From positions 2,358,001 through 2,422,000 of the forward strand of contig NC_087251.1 in the NCBI RefSeq assembly GCF_037042905.1: 64,000 nucleotides of DNA, read 5' to 3'. The notes beneath the pieces are model-generated. The model saw only the letters and a program-made list of their open reading frames with translations, was not told the DNA's origin and did no database searches. This stretch comes from Lytechinus pictus (Eukaryota). Below, one piece after another: positions 9,201 through 21,459 of the stretch (the stretch's first letter is position 1; each line of letters opens with the position of its first letter). The translations under genes and the position numbers were made by a program.

Positions 9201-12174
9201 TTTTTTTCCTCTTTTGAATAAAAAGGTCGATGTCTGTTGGACACATTGTATTAAAAACTTAAAGAGTAATATTGGAAAAGAGAGGTCCACAAAAAGCAAA
9301 ACTTGAAATAAAGAGAAAGGGACAAATGAAGAGAGAAAGAACAAAATCAACAAGAAAAAAAGGGGGGATATTATAGAGCTTACAAATATAACTATAGTTT
9401 TAAGTATGGTTACAGGTTTAGACATAGCCTGAGGACTCTGATATGTGAAGGATTGATGTGTTGTGCTTTAGATACAAGGCTATGCTATGGTAGAGAAGGA
9501 AAAAAATGGATGATGATAATCTTGGATTGAAGCAAGATGAGGTCATACCAAGCTGATGGATTACTCCTGAAACGCCAATTTAGAAGCTTTTGCCTGATTC
9601 AAGTTTATTCATATATGATAGTTATGCCTTTTTTTCATTAATCTACTGATCATATATGATTTTTATAAAGTTGCCTAGGAATGCAATAATTGTGGTTCAT
9701 CAGAATTAAACAAAATTGACTTCACTTTAATGGATGCTGCCATATTTTGCTGCTTAACCCTATCTAGGCCGGGGGGGCTTGGAGCCCCCCCCCCTCAACG
9801 ATTCACGCAATATTTTCGCTGCACAAATTTTTTGTTACCGCGCCGCTCACTGTCTTTTTACTTTCAAGTCTTGCGCAACTTTTGAGACCAATTTTGCGTC
9901 ACCCGGGTACGTGGTTCGGAAATTACGCAACATATCTAAGTGCATGTCAGACCAAAAATTGCTCCAAAACATGATTTTGTGTACAAAGTCAATGCAAATT
10001 GTGTTTTCAACCAAAAATCATAAATGTATGATTATTTTTAGTTTTGCTGGTCTAAATGTATTTATTTTATGCTTTTTATGATCTCAGAAGAGTCCCCAAC
10101 AAATTTCATTGAAAAAACAATGAAAAACAAAAGGTAAAAAAAAAGAAATGCATAAGAAATTGCAAAAAACAATAGAATACATAATTTTGTTCATGTACAC
10201 TTGCTAAGAACACCACAAAGAGTTTCTATACCAAAAATTAGAACATTTGGAGCTTTATTTAGGGAGTAAGAGGAAAAAGTATGATTTTGCATACTAATTA
10301 CGCATAAATTAGCATAATCACTTAATAGCAATTCGCATGAAATAAATCACTATACAATTTTGTAGATTATGTCCCAGACAACCCGCGTGCCAATTTTTGG
10401 CGCGGTCGACGGCCATATGAACTCCCAAAATAGGGTTAAGAATATAGTTTAAAATTGAATGTTATGAACCCTAGATAGGGTTAAGAATATAGTTTAAAAT
10501 TGAATGTTATGAACAATTGAAATAGGTACCTTTTGCTCTTTTTATTTATTAATACTGTTTCCCATTACCTTTTATACATTTTTTTTCACTTTTTTCCAAT
10601 TAAATCATAATTATACATTATGTCATGGCACTTTCATTACTCATTTGTATACACATGTTTTATATAATTATCATTACTGTTAAAATTGTATTTCTCACAC
10701 TACAAAATGATTATGATTCTTTGAAGAAAAAAAAACATGAAAAACCCTTACCTGTCTGATTTTATGTTAATTGGAGTGATCTGACATCTTGATAGGCTCA
10801 AGTGGTTGCCATATAGCATTGTAAGGCCATGTGTTTTCATGCTTAACACACTCTCATCTTAGTTTCTGGAGGATAGATCATTTCTAAATATAGGCACATA
10901 GACAAGGAATGAATGATTTAAACAGGAAGATATGTGATTTATACTCTCAGGATCTCTACATGTATGCTAACTTCTCTTATACCATTCTCATGCTCTATTA
11001 GTAAAACTGATTATCATCCATCATTAATCATGTATTTGTGCTTTTATGATGATTTGGGATATATGTAGTATATACATATATATATAATCTGTTTTAGAAA
11101 CATTTACTTATTTTTCATGAGCTTCAGACTTTAAGTTTGACCTGTAGATCTTGTGCATAGACAGTTAATGTATTTCAAATAATCAAGAGGGGTGCAATGG
11201 CTCAGGTTATCTTAATTTTATTTTTCATATCTTTTTTATAGCTTTTCCCTATGTGGGCTCCAATCTTGTTTAGCTATCCTTCCAAGGTAAGTTTGATATT
11301 TTCATTCATTTTTTTTCAATTGACTTTATTAATTTGATGTCTTCAATATGCAAGGGTTACGGTAGCCTGAAATCTTATATGATTAAAAGAAAAGTCCAAT
11401 CGTATTATAAATTGTAGCAAGTTAATTGAGTATTTAAATTTTTTTTAAACTCTTTGCACGTTTTGTTCAACTACAGTCCACATACAGCAGACTGCCAAGT
11501 TCGACTCAAGTCACATTCTATTCACAATACACACAGAGTGCATTAAGTCTATAGTTCATCCACTCATACACAATAGTGATGTGCGCATCGCATTGTACTG
11601 TGTACACAAAGTTTTTCTTTACAATGAACCAATCAAAAGCTATTGTGAGCTGAATAAGAACAGCCCATGCAAAACCCTTCTTAAGGTAGCACTCTGAAAT
11701 CAATGTGGCACAAGAGTAATTCTGTCTGTGGCAAAGAAGCATAAGAGTGAACTTTCATTAATTTTACATTTACATGTAAAATAAAATATGATAATGAAAT
11801 ATGTTTTTGGTATATGATTATTCATCTTGTTAAGGTTTGATGAAACATAAAACAGCAATAAAATTTAATCTGAACATCATTTGTGTGGATTGTATGATTA
11901 AACATAGATGGTTGTATTTTAATTACTTTTATTTCTAATATTTGTAATGTTTAATACAATGATTAATTTCTTCCCCATTTTGTAATGGTAGCTCCCTGGA
12001 AGCCTACAGGTGAGACTGCAGAATTGTGAGAACTTTCCACCTCCAAGTCTGATGAAAGGAGAGGTCACATCTTACCATTCTACCACACTACTCAAATGGC
12101 TGAAGAGATTGCAATTCAAAATGGGACAGATTGAGATCCAATCTTCTGCTGCCACTCAATTTTATACAGTATAG
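129..12174 (+). CDS. UNC79: UNC79 (NALCN channel complex subunit), 3' part: join(129-244,4113-4198,4591-4758,5255-5434,5852-6034,6543-6632,6914-7092,7585-7834,8547-8687,9057-9134,11242-11286,11992-12174)
   Basis: Twelve AG/GT-bounded exons splice into one open frame ending ...KWLKRLQFKMGQIEIQSSAATQFYTV*. Motifs LHQLAPNGVFPQLF, QDFNEL, RYLPWLYHPPS, PKEFIDCIAHVRLLSWLLLGSLTH and MVNLHFLSLMEALQECNS match my recollection of the UNC-79 C-terminus. The 5' part lies upstream of the window. Confidence 0.93.
776..1795 (-). pseudogene. LINE ORF2 remnant: N-terminal leader and first endonuclease motif fused in frame to the post-RT C-terminus
   Basis: ATG at 1795, one TAA at 1562-1564, then SKYYLSSKFNE...FSLIHFNSRS|EYNTSNIVLKIDG...FLGVILSNTLCWDVHI...YCNSIWG...HYTRS...GPTIWNSL; no YADD/RT core. 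Confidence 0.85.
1984..2652 (-). CDS. LINE ORF1p (coiled coil + L1-type RRM/CTD), 5'-truncated but open
   Basis: Heptad-like region, then EQYSRRNCLKFFGVRE, DRSHRL, PRAIIVKF, RRRLKGTGMAIDEALT and AWSFDGRI, typical L1/Transposase_22-type ORF1 motifs. Confidence 0.85.
   Translation of the reverse strand, partial: SALISRLDHLEKTNSDTIERIEQSEGKLLELEASLKVREEEINRLNGILDNQSTSINNMKIAMNEAEQYSRRNCLKFFGVRESESENTDDVVCRIASEQLGVPLSKADLDRSHRLAPRNTSVNRKETTEGAKNKKPRAIIVKFCTYRARNAVIRARRRLKGTGMAIDEALTQTNQELLRAAKSHKKVKDAWSFDGRIIALVPATQGKLIKKSIRNTKDLESI
3245..3549. mobile_element. ~305-bp MITE with ~50-bp TIRs
   Basis: ccggggggaccacttccattgatgagtggataccaggcacgacca / tggtcgcgcctggtatccactcttcaatggaagtgggccccccagg. 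Confidence 0.8.
4113..4198 (+). CDS. UNC79: UNC79 coding exon
   Basis: ttttag|...|gtttgt; (D)QSFLPTMASSLQDFNELNPTEAIIHLLE; phase matches previous exon. Confidence 0.88.
4591..4758 (+). CDS. UNC79: UNC79 coding exon
   Basis: gagcag|...|gtaagt; GLNDRRNLPP...FDTFFRKLLTSMPEN. Confidence 0.9.
5255..5434 (+). CDS. UNC79: UNC79 coding exon
   Basis: tcacag|...|gtaaca; CDVNDLFRIF...LCNRIFAK. Confidence 0.9.
5852..6034 (+). CDS. UNC79: UNC79 coding exon
   Basis: atatag|...|gtaagc; EREKQSFARVVSLELVQALKFKTNLPD...EVEMAM. Confidence 0.9.
6543..6632 (+). CDS. UNC79: UNC79 coding exon
   Basis: ttacag|...|gtagga; NSTGATDCMRQYISDATEYIGDLHTLTKVK. Confidence 0.9.
6914..7092 (+). CDS. UNC79: UNC79 coding exon
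   Basis: ttgtag|...|gtaaga; NNLRGGSQNLNEDTLGSQLKAGVAQ...RYLPWLYHPPSAVQQG. Confidence 0.92.
7585..7834 (+). CDS. UNC79: UNC79 coding exon
   Basis: ttgcag|...|gtatgg; PKEFIDCIAHVRLLSWLLLGSLTH...SSLFHAFILCQ. Confidence 0.93.
8169..8444 (-). mobile_element. tRNA-derived SINE, family 1
   Basis: A box TGGTCTAGTG, B box GGTTCGATTCC, core cactcaaccc.ggtgaggtgaatgggt.cc, (TAT)n tail; five copies in window. Confidence 0.88.
8547..8687 (+). CDS. UNC79: UNC79 coding exon
   Basis: aaacag|...|gtaaga; LWTMYCEQ...MDFWSRVTPGVLQLLSHSKV. Confidence 0.92.
9057..9134 (+). CDS. UNC79: UNC79 coding exon
   Basis: tgatag|...|gtaaac; LADMVNLHFLSLMEALQECNSSVLAK. Confidence 0.92.
9758..10480. mobile_element. piggyBac-type non-autonomous element
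   Basis: TTAA|CCCTATCTAGG ... CCTAGATAGGG|TTAA; homologous inverted copy at 28733-29448. Confidence 0.85.
11242..11286 (+). CDS. UNC79: UNC79 coding exon (45 nt)
   Basis: ttatag|...|gtaagt; LFPMWAPILFSYPSK. Confidence 0.88.
11992..12174 (+). CDS. UNC79: UNC79 terminal coding exon
   Basis: tggtag|; LPGSLQVRLQNCENFPPP...LQFKMGQIEIQSSAATQFYTV, TAG at 12172-12174. Confidence 0.9.
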   Translation, partial: LPGSLQVRLQNCENFPPPSLMKGEVTSYHSTTLLKWLKRLQFKMGQIEIQSSAATQFYTV

Positions 12175-14155
12175 GCAGCTTGTCAGAGAAATGTTACCAT
12201 TTTTGGGGGCAGAGATTAAAGAAATTTACAGCCAAAATTAGACAGATTGTGATCTGATCTTCAGCAGCTGTTCAGTTCTACACTGTTTAGTTATCTAGAT
12301 TGAGAAGGTATTAAAGTCAGTTCAAAATATGCTTACTAATGTTTTGTGTATAGCACATTTTATTTGCAGATTAGATGATTTTTCAACATGTCAGTGACTT
12401 TTACCTGGATGTAATACAAATGGAACATATACATATATATGTCTGATGATGATCACACTGTTTGATTGAAAGTATATTTATTGATCCCTAGTAATTGTTT
12501 GTATGTACCTTGATGATATACCTTACAGGCTGTCAAGATAATGTTTAATTATGGAAACATTACAGCTGTATGTAGATTATTATTATTATGGAAAGTCATA
12601 TTAAATACATGTGGCATGTATATAAATTCACACAGTGGAGTTATATTCCATTGAATAAGTTATTCATAGAAGATTCTGGTAAATGTTACTTAAAAATTAT
12701 ACTGCTATGTATGTGATGTGATTATGATTTTAAGAAAAGGTATTCATTCATTAATAAACACAGTATTTATTATGCGCCATCTATCAAGTAAATTGAGGCG
12801 CATTCATTTATTATAAATCAAAATATTTGATGGTGCACGATGTATGTACAATAATTCATTTTAAGACAAAAAAATGTACTTTTTCTTTTACCACAGTATT
12901 AAATTATTTTAGTATTCATATCAGTGATATGACTAGTCATATTCATTTTATCATTGGTATGAATTATATTGTAATACATAGAGCTCAGTATCGCAGAAAT
13001 TTCTATTTATTGTATAATTATGTGATTTATCTAGTTAAAAAAAATTTTATGTAAATTATTACATTGATATTTGTGATGAGTAGAATTTACTTATATGTAC
13101 ATGAAAAGGGCAAAAAATTATTCACAAACATGATCATTTGTTAGATTTTGTATTTAATGCATGATTTATGTGGCATGGTTTGATAAAATAGAAATATTCA
13201 CAAAGAAATATTGACATATTTCTTGCTCTGATGTAATGTCATATTCCTTTTGCTAACCTAGGAGTTGTTTTACAAAAATATAAGTGCCCCCCTCCCCCCT
13301 TAAAAAAAACCAAAAAAACACTTAAATTCCCAATTAGATATGGTAAGAAGCATATCACTGTATCGGTTGGATCACTCCCATGGGACCCACTTGCATTTGT
13401 CAATGAGATTACTCCTTACATATCATACACAGCATGTATTGTTACCTTAAACATGAATTTTAGTCTGACTTCATTCTGTGAAACACCCCCCCCCCCTCCC
13501 CAGATGATGTTGGATATTGTTGAATATGGACAATAAATTACATTGAACCATTACTAATATCATTAATACATGTGTATAGATATGTTGTACAGTAAATAAA
13601 AAAATCACATGATGAGGTCTCTGTTAACATAGCTCATAATTTTTATGTCAGTTACATCTTTGTAAATTGCATCTTTATATCTTGAGGAAAATGCTCTGTT
13701 ACCAGTATATGTGATGTTGAATATTGTAAATGTCATATGAGTATTGTAATTTGTGGTTTGTGCACCAAGGCTAACCTCATCCCAGTCCTTGATACAGCTC
13801 ATTACCCCCTAAAATTAACTACGTTTTTGTAATTATGTGTGAGGACATTTGGTTTGTTTTTAATGAGGCATTTTAGCCAATTTATTGGTCTACTGCACTT
13901 TATGGCATTGTAAAAGAAGTAGATAGTTAGTCTCTAAAGAATCAAAGCTATGATTGATGTAAACTCACAAACAGGTCTTTATAAGGTGCTATTCCAGTCT
14001 CTCTTTGGATTATTCATATTTAAAAAATAAAAAAAGTGGAAGAAGAAATTTGAAAAATGTATATTAAGTTTAAGCCATGTTTGGATTTGAAACCGTGTGA
14101 ACCACTTCACTTTTACCTGTCGGACAATGAATTTGACTTTTCCATTTGTACACCA

Positions 14156-15198
14156 TTTTATGTCTCGCCAGCATAGCAGAGCGAGACTATAGGCGCCGCT
14201 TTTCCGATGACGGCGGCGGCGTCAACATTGAAATCTTAACCAAGGTTAAGTTTTTTAAATGTCATCATAACTTAGAAAGTATATGGACCTAGTTCATGAG
14301 ACATGGACATAAGGGTAATCAAGTTTTACTGAACATCCTGCCTGAGTTTCAGGTCACATGACCAAGGTCAAAGGTCATTTAGGGTCAATGAACTTTGCCA
14401 TGTTGGGGGAATCAATATCGAAATCTTAACCAAGGTTAAGTTAATGAAATGTTGTCATAACTTCGAAAGTATATGGACCTAGTTCATGAAACATAGACAC
14501 AATGGTAATAGTGTATCACTGAATATCCTGCCTGAGTTTCACGTCACATGATTACGGTTAAAGGTCACTTGGGGTCAACAAACTTTGGCCATGTTGGGGT
14601 TATTTGAGGAATCGTCATCATAACTTTAAAATTTTATGGATCTAGTTCGTGAAACTTGGACATAAGAGCAACCAAGTATCCCTAAATATCATGTGTGAGT
14701 TTCAGGTCACATAAATAAGGTCAAAGGTCATTTAGGGTCAACAAACTTTGGTAATGTTGGGGTTATTTGAGGAATCGTCATCATAACTTTAAAATTTTAT
14801 GGATCTAGTTCATGAAACTTGGACATAAGAGCAGCAATGTATCCCTGAATACCCTGTGTGCGTTTCAGGAACATGGCCAAGATCAAAGGTCATTTAAAGG
14901 TCAATGAACTCTGGCCGTGTTGGGAGTATGTGTTGAATTGGAATCATAACTTGAGAAGTTTATGGATCTAGCTCATGAAACATTGACATAAGGGTAATCA
15001 AGTATGAATGGTTGTTTTGCCCATGTCTTAGGTCACATGATCATGGTCAAAGGTCATTTTGGGTCAATGGACATATTTTATTATTATATTAGTGTTTTCT
15101 TCTGTAAATAATTATTCATTAGCTGTTTTCAAAGGAAGCACTACTGCTATATCGAATTGCGTAATGCAGGCGAGACTGTCAGAGGCGTTCCACTTGTT
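14156..15198 (+). mobile_element. Helentron-associated (HINE/DINE-like) element with five ~160-190-bp internal tandem monomers
   Basis: Subterminal inverted repeats gtctcgccagcat (14162) / atgcaggcgagac (15164), T-rich flanks, no TSD, tandem monomers; second copy at 38153. Confidence 0.75.
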
Positions 15199-17923
15199 TC
15201 TTATTTGTATAGACATTATCTTTTGGTTTTTCTGTTATGAGTTCAAAATGAAGTAGAATATTATATTGTTTTTAAGAATATGTGATGACCCTTTTGCTTG
15301 GGGTGTATATAATTTGCATGTATACACCATTTATATGTTATTCATTTATATCATTATGTTATCGATAGATAAGTGTACTGTGCCAAAAAATTGCATTGTA
15401 ATAATAGAATTTCAAATTAAAGACCAAGTCCACCTGAGATACAAGTTCAGTTCAATCAATCAATGAATAGCAGCCCAAACTAAAAATTCTATCAAATAGT
15501 TACCTCATTTTTAAGTTTTGCATGTCTTATGCACAGTACCCCCCTTAAAAGAGGGGGCACACCTCTGTTTCAATGGCACTTTTACATTACAAATTTTAAT
15601 TTTGCTTGTCAAAAAAGGGGCATGTGCCCCCTGTAGCCCCCCCCCCCCCCCCACACTCCCGGAGGTGCCAGTGGCTATGGCAGCTTTCCAGTTTGTCATG
15701 TCTTACAACTCTCATGGTACACTGGTCAGAAACGGCCCATATACTAATGATACTAGATGTACATGTCATGAGTAAGATAGTGGGTGGAACGGATGGCTGT
15801 GAGGAGAGGTAAAGGCCATCATAACGTGTCTGATTTTGAAAACCATGCCCGAGTGGAAGTAATTTTGTCATGGAAAAGTCATGGAATTCAATTTTCAAAT
15901 TTATGTGGGAACCCTTTTAGAGCATTTACAAATATGTGGCTTTTCTGAATAAAGAATATCGAATGGGATTTACAAACGTTAATGTGTAAAATTATTTGAT
16001 CTATATTACAAATTAGCAGTGGATATTGTAGCATATTGCTTATGATGAGACTGTATTAGATGATGAACGATATTGACCATACTATAGTGGTTATGGTGTC
16101 ATTAAGATGAGCAGATGAAAAATAAAATGTCACTGAACATGAAGAGCCTGCTTGGTCAGCCTTGCATAAAATTGCCTAATGTATCAGACTGGATAGCAAA
16201 TTTTACACTTTTCTATAAACATTTTATCTGGTCAGTTGTCTTGAATAAGGTATTTTCTTGATTAAGATATCCTTCTATCTTAAAGTACATGGCCCTTTCC
16301 CTGATGGTACAATATATGCATATAAATTGTGATTTCCATCAATTCCTCTCTCTTGTCCCATCCCTACTCTCCCATCTCTTCCCCTCTCTCCCCCTCTCTC
16401 CCCCTCTCTCCCCCTCTCTCTCCATCTCCCTCACCTGCCCTCTTAGTTCTTTTTTTTTCTTTTCTTTATCATTTTATATCTCTATCTTCACGGGGTATCA
16501 ACATCCTTGTTTTCTGATAGAATATATTTCTTTTGTTTTGATAGAGACAATGAACATATCTCTTTATCAATGGAAAGTGATTATTTATCAAAATGGAGCC
16601 TGTTTGAGGATTTAAGGAACATAGAACAATTATTTCACTGTGTTAACAGGTTATAGATAACTTTTTTTTCAAAATCTGACCTACATTCTATGAATTATTT
16701 TACCATTGATCTGAATGCTGTTCTTGTTAGTGTTGTCAAATTTCTTAATAACTTGTCTCTTGTCTGGCTATAATGGTTCCACTTGTGCAATCAAGTATTT
16801 CATGGTTTCACAGTCCAGTTAAACGAGATGTGCAATTAGGTATCTCTGAGTCATCACAAAGACTAATATACAAGCAGTGGATGCAAATGGTAACTCTCTA
16901 TTTTGATTCTCAGCTCTAACAGGGTTAATTTCCATCCATCAATAGATTTGTTAAATAATCGGTGCACTGTTAAAATACAAACTGCAGTAAGCATCATTAT
17001 ACTTAATAAACTCTCAACTTATTCCTTGTATATGAAAGATCGTCTGAAATTTCACTCCTGATTTCAGGTGAACTTTAGTCTATTTCTGAAATAAATTTCT
17101 AAAGACCATTTTGGACTTGGCAAGGGATATTGACCACTATCTAGGTTGAAGCCTTGGTAAGTTTAGATGATTATGGTAGGATTGGTCATTTTTTTACTTC
17201 ATTTTTATTTATTATGATGAGCATCAAAGTCAACATGATATTTTTTTGGGGGGGTGCTTTTCCTGCTTCTCATCAACTAAAATGAGAATCTATGCTTATT
17301 TTTTCTTAAATTTTAACCAAACTGAAATTGCTATTTAACCCTTCCAAATAATTTCACTTGTATCTGATATTATTTGCTCAATTGTTTTACTTTCTGTATT
17401 CATTAACAACAATCCCAGAATGAAACCTTTCAAAATATGATTTTATTATTATTTTAATTTGATAATACATTTCCACTCAGTTCATATTCTCTCTCTCTCT
17501 CTCTTTCTCATCACTTTTGTCATTTTAATATCATTTACCTAGTTGATGGATACATTTGTAAAAATATTATGACATTAAAAAATTACACCTTGTTGAAATG
17601 GTACCCTAAGTAACCATGTTATGTTTGATATTGGTTATTAAGCCTACTTTATATCTATACCAAATTGTAGATTTTTTGCTATTTGTATCAGTCTTGTTTT
17701 TTAATTCTATATTCTACACATTTTTCACCTTGTGTACAATTTGCTATTAGATGTGTCCACATTGATTTGTATAATAGTTTTTGTCATTCCTTTCTAGCCA
17801 ATTTGCTGATTAAATGCTATATCTTCCCATAAATTATTGGCTTAATTTCTATTGCTTTTTGTCTCTCTTGCTTAATGTAAAATTTGAGTTTAAATAATGC
17901 AGTATTCCATCTAACAATGTTAA

Positions 17924-19394
17924 CAGTGGCGTAACAGGCGGGGGGGCAGGGGGGGCAAGCTGCCCCCCCTGGCTGATTTTACCGGGAAAATAAAAGAAAA
18001 ACGGGAAAAAGAAAAAAGGAGAGAGAAAGAAAGGGAAAGGGGAAGGAAAGGGGAAAAGGAAAGGAGGAAAAGGAAAGGGAAAAGTGAAAAGAAAACGAAG
18101 AAACAAATATTTTTTTCATGGAAAAGGAAGGAAAGCGGGAAAATCTACGAAAGAAGAACATTTGAGAAAGAACAAATCATTCCGAAATAGGCCTATGTAA
18201 TGCAATAACACGGTGGGAAATAAATTAAAAGACGACAAAATGGCAAATAATAGCGGGAAACGAAGGTAGAATGTAATTAATCAAAAGCTAAATTGGAAAA
18301 CAAAGAAAAGGGACAAGAAAAAAAAACATAACACGACCGGGCTGCCGATGATTGAAATTAAAGAGCGGAAAGAAAGATGAACTGCGTACAACATTGTGCT
18401 ATAAGCTTGCTATATTTTATGCAAATAAGCTACCTGGGCTTTGCCCCAGACCCTACGCAGTAGGGGCTCTTCATATATAACCTTCAATTGGCTCTATAAC
18501 GCCCCCCCCCCCTGTTCAATAAATTTCAATCACTGGCATACAGGCGCGCGGGGGGGGGGGGGGGGCTTGGTTCCACACCCAAGAGGAAATATAAGAAATT
18601 ATAGGAGACAATGAAATGTGTTATTTGCTGAATATAATGGAAAATCTATCACATAATTAGAATTTAATTTCAATAGTCAATTTTTTTCCAGCTCGCTTTG
18701 CACGCTGGCGACTTTAGCGCAATTGGGTTGAATAAATTTGTTGTGTAAAAGCTATATTCTGTATATGCCCGCGATTTGATTAAAATAGCGGCAATCTGCG
18801 AGGTTTAAATGGCTTTGATGTCAAGAAGTTCCGGGGGCTCCGCCCCGGACCCCAACCGCACAGCACTGCGTATGGAATGGTTGGGTCATGGCCCCAAAAA
18901 GTTCTACAAACAAGAACAAAAAAAGGAGGAAAGAAAAGCAAAGGAAAAGTGTAGGATGTGATTTTATTTACTGAATATAATGTCAAAAAATAGCTCAGAG
19001 TTAGATTATCATGAAAATGTGATTTTTTCTCGCTCGCTCGGGACTTATATAAAGCAGCTTTTTAGCACATGTGCTCTACTGCGCCCACAGTTCAGAGTGG
19101 GGTTCAGACCACAAAAAAGGAATCTAAAGAGAGAAGAGTTAAATATATTATTCATTGGATATCATGTCAAAATCTATCACAAAATTTGATTTTTGTATTA
19201 AAAAGGTCAAAATTTTTGCTCGCTCGCTTCGCTCGCTCGCATTTTTTTTAAAAGATAAATTCTGCCCGATACGCAATATCTGGCCTTCTCAAAATAGTCG
19301 CCTCATTACACAATTACGCCTGTTCATACCATGATGTGACCGGGAAATTTTTGGCTCTTGCCCCCCCTGGCCACCGACCCCTGTTACGCCGCTG
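17924..19394 (+). mobile_element. Non-autonomous hAT element (~1.47 kb)
   Basis: TIRs CAGTGGCGTAACAGG / CCTGTTACGCCGCTG; perfect 8-bp TSD AATGTTAA (17916-17923, 19395-19402). Confidence 0.92.
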
Positions 19395-21459
19395 AATGTT
19401 AATTGATACTTTCAGTTCATCTGTATTCAAATAATCAAGACCACACCTCTAGGGGGCATTGATGCCATGTTCTCGATGGGGGCGGGGGCAAAAGAGATAA
19501 ATGCTTCAAATTTTTGGCCTGCTCTGCACACCAAATTATAATACAGAATTTTGTGCCAAACAAAATTATTACGTTATAAGTTATAAGTATTTAAGTGTTA
19601 TGATTAACTTTCTGATGATTTTTAAAACATTCATTTGCATTGCATATTAAAATTTGTTCCAGTTGTCAAAATTAGTGGTGGCAAATCAATGTCTCGATCC
19701 CCCCCCCCCCCCTAATTACTTGACACCTCTTCTTTTTTTTAACATGGTTACCTGAAAATTTGTCTATTTTCTAGTACTTCTCCCTTTGTTTTATTCCTTT
19801 CCTCTTATTTGATTTCTGCTCCTTTTTTCCTATTTTCCCTGCCTTTATATTTTTGGGGGCCTTGGAAGGGGAAGGTGCTTGCTTCAGCCATAAAATTATT
19901 TGAAAATCATGACAGCCATTGCAGAAAGGTCGATCAGCAACTGAAGACAAGGCATGAACATAGTAAAAAGATAATTGTTTAGAGAAAAGGGTTTAGAGGA
20001 TCATAATCTATCACACCTATGGGCACCTATGTAAGAGAATGAATGGGTATTTCATTCATCAGAATCTTATGCTGCTACAAGAGTGATAATACATTTGCAG
20101 ATTATGGAACTTACACTTCCTACACTCTGAACAATGTACTCAAATATTTAAGAGATATTACCTTGTCAGAGGTGCGCAATGAAGGCGTTTTACGGGGCGC
20201 CTCATTCTCTTCAAATTTTAAGGTGTGCCTTCTGCTCCCCTCCCCCCCCCCCCCATCAGCCCCTGGAAATGTTCTCATTGAAATTTGTAATAACAATTAC
20301 AATATTTTTGTGATTTTTTAACAAGAAAATGTTTTTCAATAGAAATTCTAATGAGTGTCCCTCTGCATGACAAGGCATCTATTCCAATTTCAGTAGACTG
20401 TTGATGTGCTTTAAAAACTTATCACAGATTCTAAATGAAGTTACTTGCAATAAGAACATGAATTTGGAATTTCTCCTTTACTTCCGATACGGCTTTCATG
20501 AAAGTTCCGATCAGTATGTAGCAAAAATCCCAAATCTTTTAGATTCAAAATTATTGGATCGGATGTATATAGCTTATTTTATTATTATCATGATTTACAA
20601 AATTCAGATGAGCTAGCTCCTATTAAAGTTTTGGATGAGCCGAGCCCCTTTTTTTGGGGCAACAAAAAGAATGCTGAGGATATTCAAATGAGTATTTAGG
20701 TAAATATTGTATTAATAATGATTATTGAAGCTTATGTCATATATAGGGCTGCCCATGTGTATCATATAGCCCTGTCCATGATGGGTGTCTAGACAGGTTG
20801 AATAGCACTTTGGAAAAATACTGAATAATTTCATTGTTTGACAGCTATATTAATACACTATCTATATCTATTTTGGGAAATCTTTAGGGTTAAATTATTC
20901 GGCAGCCAGCAGTACCGTCCAAAGTTTACAACGCCCTCATCGCTAAAAATTCAACATCCAGCAACAGGTCCGAAATTGAAAACAAAAAGATATTTGGTAA
21001 GTGATTTAAATAAGATAATCAAATTTTAAAATGCAGATATAATGTTATATGGAAAGAACGTGGCTCATGTGACATTGAAGTAAAGGTTAATTGGCAAATT
21101 CGACATTTATTTATGAAAAAGTGTGAACGAGTTGTGTGATGTGTGCTTTGCAGACGACTCGCTTCTTGTTATCAATTTTCACGAGAAAGTGCCCCCAGAG
21201 TTTCGGCGACCACACAGTGTAGGATACCGTCTGAATCTCACACGTGTGTATGTAAAGCCAAAAAGTTAGAGGAAAAAACAGGCTTGTCACGATACCATTT
21301 CAGACGCTCTATGACACAACCAATAATTGACCAATTCTACTTTCCTTGTTTTTAACTTTTAAAGTTGATTCTAATCTTAGCCTTAACTTAAATTTATTTG
21401 TATGAAGAAATGAGCAACTGATCAGATCAGGACATACGGTACGGTATTTCTCTAATTAA

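Noticed and set aside
14220..15070. Regularly spaced repeats that could suggest a CRISPR array
   Set aside because: Whole ~160-bp monomers repeat with no unique spacers; eukaryotic context with no cas genes.
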